29,643 nt of DNA from Methanobacteriota archaeon (GTDB lineage: Archaea; Thermoplasmatota; Thermoplasmata; JAUWGG01), in contig JAUWGG010000001.1 in the NCBI GenBank assembly GCA_030606525.1, positions 1-29,643 of the forward strand, in the 5' to 3' direction. Of this stretch, positions 27,555 through 29,643 are shown one piece after another (within the stretch, counting starts at the first letter, position 1; each line of letters starts with the position of its first letter). The translations under genes and the position numbers were made by a program. Below the pieces are notes generated by a model. It made no database searches. It saw only the letters and a list, made by a program, of their open reading frames with translations, and was not told where the DNA came from.

Positions 27555-28301
27555 CTATCCTCTCATCTTTTTTCTAATGTCTCTTCTTCTCTCTTTTCTC
27601 AGTGCTTCAGGTAATGTCTGAGGCAACAATTTAGAACGGAAGTAGTGATAGAGGACGACACTCAAAGGCAAAGTTATAAGGGAATACTCAATATTGCCCA
27701 GAGAAAGAAATGGGAACATAAGGAGATTGAAGATCAAATGGATCAATATTGCAAAAACGAGGTAATGCCACCCCCTTCCCTTATAACACCCAAAACCTAT
27801 AAAACCGCCAAGGGAAGCATGCAGTAAACATACGCTTGTTGAAAATACTAATAAAACTAATAAAGTCGCAGTTATATTTATTATACCGCCAACTGGAAAT
27901 CTCATAAAAGACATTGCAGTGATGCCGATGGAACCCATCCCTAATCCAAGGGAAACGCCGTAAAAGGTGGTATCGAACTTCAGCTGGAAACGAGGCATAT
28001 TCAGTATTATAAGTCTAATTAACTCCTCGAAAGTTGAAAGCCCTACAACATAGATAAGAAGAAAAGGAACTATAATGAAACGCCCAGCACCCACCCAGTA
28101 ACCTCTTAAAAAGATATCGAATGAGAAAATGAGCATGCCGATAACGATCCCAACAGCGAACATTCCAAATACCTTCCTATCGTCAAAGTAGGATTTATCC
28201 ACTATAGGCCAGGAGTATTGACGCATTGTGAACCAAAGTATTGCTACAGCCGGGGTGAAACCAATGATGCTGCTGATAAACAATTCTATATTCATCTTCA
28301 A
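27555..28301 (-). CDS. Multi-pass membrane protein, PrsW/YhfC-like intramembrane glutamic protease
   Basis: Motifs FEELIR, GVSLGLGMG, LLHASLG and IHLIFN across about 7 TMs. The start may be ATG 28295. Confidence 0.6.
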   Translation of the reverse strand: MKMNIELFISSIIGFTPAVAILWFTMRQYSWPIVDKSYFDDRKVFGMFAVGIVIGMLIFSFDIFLRGYWVGAGRFIIVPFLLIYVVGLSTFEELIRLIILNMPRFQLKFDTTFYGVSLGLGMGSIGITAMSFMRFPVGGIINITATLLVLLVFSTSVCLLHASLGGFIGFGCYKGRGWHYLVFAILIHLIFNLLMFPFLSLGNIEYSLITLPLSVVLYHYFRSKLLPQTLPEALRKERRRDIRKKMRG

Positions 28302-28355
28302 CTGTTGATGACCAAACCTCTATTTTTAGATTGCTATGCGCAATGAGCATTAAAA

Positions 28356-29585
28356 TCATTGAGCTGAGAATAGCGATGCGTAAACCTTGGCATCGTTAAC
28401 TAAATTTTCGATCCTTATATTTTCATTTGCTTCGTGAGCAGTTTGCTCATTTGTACTCCATACTGCGACATCAAAACCTGCATTCCTAAAAATGCTAGCG
28501 CAAGTTCCACCCCCGATGCCCATGACCTCAGCATCAATGAACAAAACTCTTTTAATTGCTTTTTTTAATAGGCCCACGATCTTGCTGTCTTCAGCTGTCG
28601 CGGGACTAGAAGCACTTTGCACGATATCTACATTTATTTCTACTCTGCTTTCCCTTTCCACTTCTCTTGCAACATTTTTTATCAATGCTATTACATCATT
28701 CATTGAATGAGCAGGGAGCAGCCTGCAATCCATGTAGAACACATCATCTCCTGGTATGGTATTTATGTTGGGGACATTATCCTCTTTCTTCGTAGGCTCA
28801 AATGTAGAATAGGGCACATCAAAAAAAGGATTTTTATCATTGAACTCTTGATGCAATCTTTTATCTACGTTACATAAGAACGAGGAAGCAGCTCTAAGTG
28901 CGTTGCGCCCTTTATTTGGGGTACTAGCATGACATTGTTCCCCATTTGTGTTTATCTTAAGCCATAACCCTGATTTCTCAGCAACCTCGATCTTCGCGCC
29001 ATCTGGAGAACCATAATCCGGGATCAATATAAGATCTTGTGGGCTGAACAATCCCTGATTCAGTAGATATTCCATTCCTTTTTCACTTCCAGTTTCCTCA
29101 TCAGCGACGAAGCCCAGATTTATATCCATTTCAGGAATTAACCCCTGCTCTTTTATCGATTTAACTGCATAGATAGAGGCGATTAATGCTTGCCCATTGT
29201 CTTCCACTCCCCGCCCAAAGATTCTGCCGTTTTTTATGACTGGTGCGAAAGGATCATTTTCCCAATTTTTTAGATCTCCAGGAGGAACAACATCCATATG
29301 CGTGATGACCCACATCTTTTCCGCTTTTTTCCCTTTATTCTTTCCCTTCAATTTGGCAACGATATTCGGTCTATAACCCACCTTATCATCAGGAGCATTA
29401 TACCATTCTACTTCATCAAAACCGATCTCATCGATTAATTTAACTATAAATTCAGCTTTTTTCTTCTCTCCACTACCGCCAGATTTTGGGTCGATAGCTG
29501 GGATCTTGCACATCTCTATTAAACTATTGACCATCTCCGCTTTCAAATCATCGATATTCCTAAACACATCGTTCAATCGGGGCAT
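28356..29585 (-). CDS. M20 family metallo-hydrolase (DapE/YgeY-like)
   Basis: Motifs IPAIDP, THMDVVPPG, GRGVEDN, ADEETGS, AEK, DCRLLP and AHEANE. The likely start is ATG 29585; the ORF track runs on to the window edge. Confidence 0.88.
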   Translation of the reverse strand: MPRLNDVFRNIDDLKAEMVNSLIEMCKIPAIDPKSGGSGEKKKAEFIVKLIDEIGFDEVEWYNAPDDKVGYRPNIVAKLKGKNKGKKAEKMWVITHMDVVPPGDLKNWENDPFAPVIKNGRIFGRGVEDNGQALIASIYAVKSIKEQGLIPEMDINLGFVADEETGSEKGMEYLLNQGLFSPQDLILIPDYGSPDGAKIEVAEKSGLWLKINTNGEQCHASTPNKGRNALRAASSFLCNVDKRLHQEFNDKNPFFDVPYSTFEPTKKEDNVPNINTIPGDDVFYMDCRLLPAHSMNDVIALIKNVAREVERESRVEINVDIVQSASSPATAEDSKIVGLLKKAIKRVLFIDAEVMGIGGGTCASIFRNAGFDVAVWSTNEQTAHEANENIRIENLVNDAKVYASLFSAQ

Positions 29586-29643
29586 GGATTCTGATAATAA
29601 ATAAAGAGCATAAAAGCTTTTGTTTGAATCAATCGAACCCACT

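Noticed and set aside
28330-28344. ATTGC-TATGC-GCAAT palindrome sharing its spacer with the glnA palindrome
   Set aside because: The arms differ from the glnA site and it is short enough to be coincidental.
1-29643. tRNA/rRNA genes, CRISPR arrays, IS elements, and Sec/Pyl read-through
   Set aside because: Intergenic regions are short and show no cloverleaf, repeat-spacer or terminal-inverted-repeat pattern. Apart from the edge-truncated hypF, all genes appear full length without internal stops.

Overview
Archaeal chromosomal segment, most likely Thermoplasmatota. This assignment is an inference from the Orc1/Cdc6 gene with an ORB box, archaeal GGAGGTGA Shine-Dalgarno sites, a Thermoplasmata-style S26 peptidase, a DUF3198-like gene and AsnRS. 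The left 12.3 kb is one minus-strand operon for a membrane-bound group 4 [NiFe]-hydrogenase. Both metal-binding CxxC motifs are intact, and the operon includes its HycI protease and hypE; hypF is convergent and 5'-truncated. The complex has a full complex-I-like membrane arm (split NuoJ, K, L with lateral helix, M, N/MrpD, A, H) but no Mrp E/F/G Na+ module and no NuoEFG input module. Its M- and N-type subunits both lack the canonical TM8 lysine. Next come glnA (divergent), an ADP-forming acyl-CoA synthetase alpha subunit, dCMP deaminase and a signal peptidase. These are followed by cdc6/orc1 with a canonical ORB and an AT-rich tract (probable oriC), then gcvT and M42/M20 peptidases. A BglII/BstYI-like type II R-M pair follows; it is GATC-poor in an otherwise GATC-rich window. 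The window ends with asnS, a DUF1385 gene coupled to a zinc-ribbon gene, a transglutaminase-like protein with a PGF-CTERM-like tail, a PrsW-like membrane protein and another M20 hydrolase. I found no rRNA, tRNA, CRISPR array or transposase.
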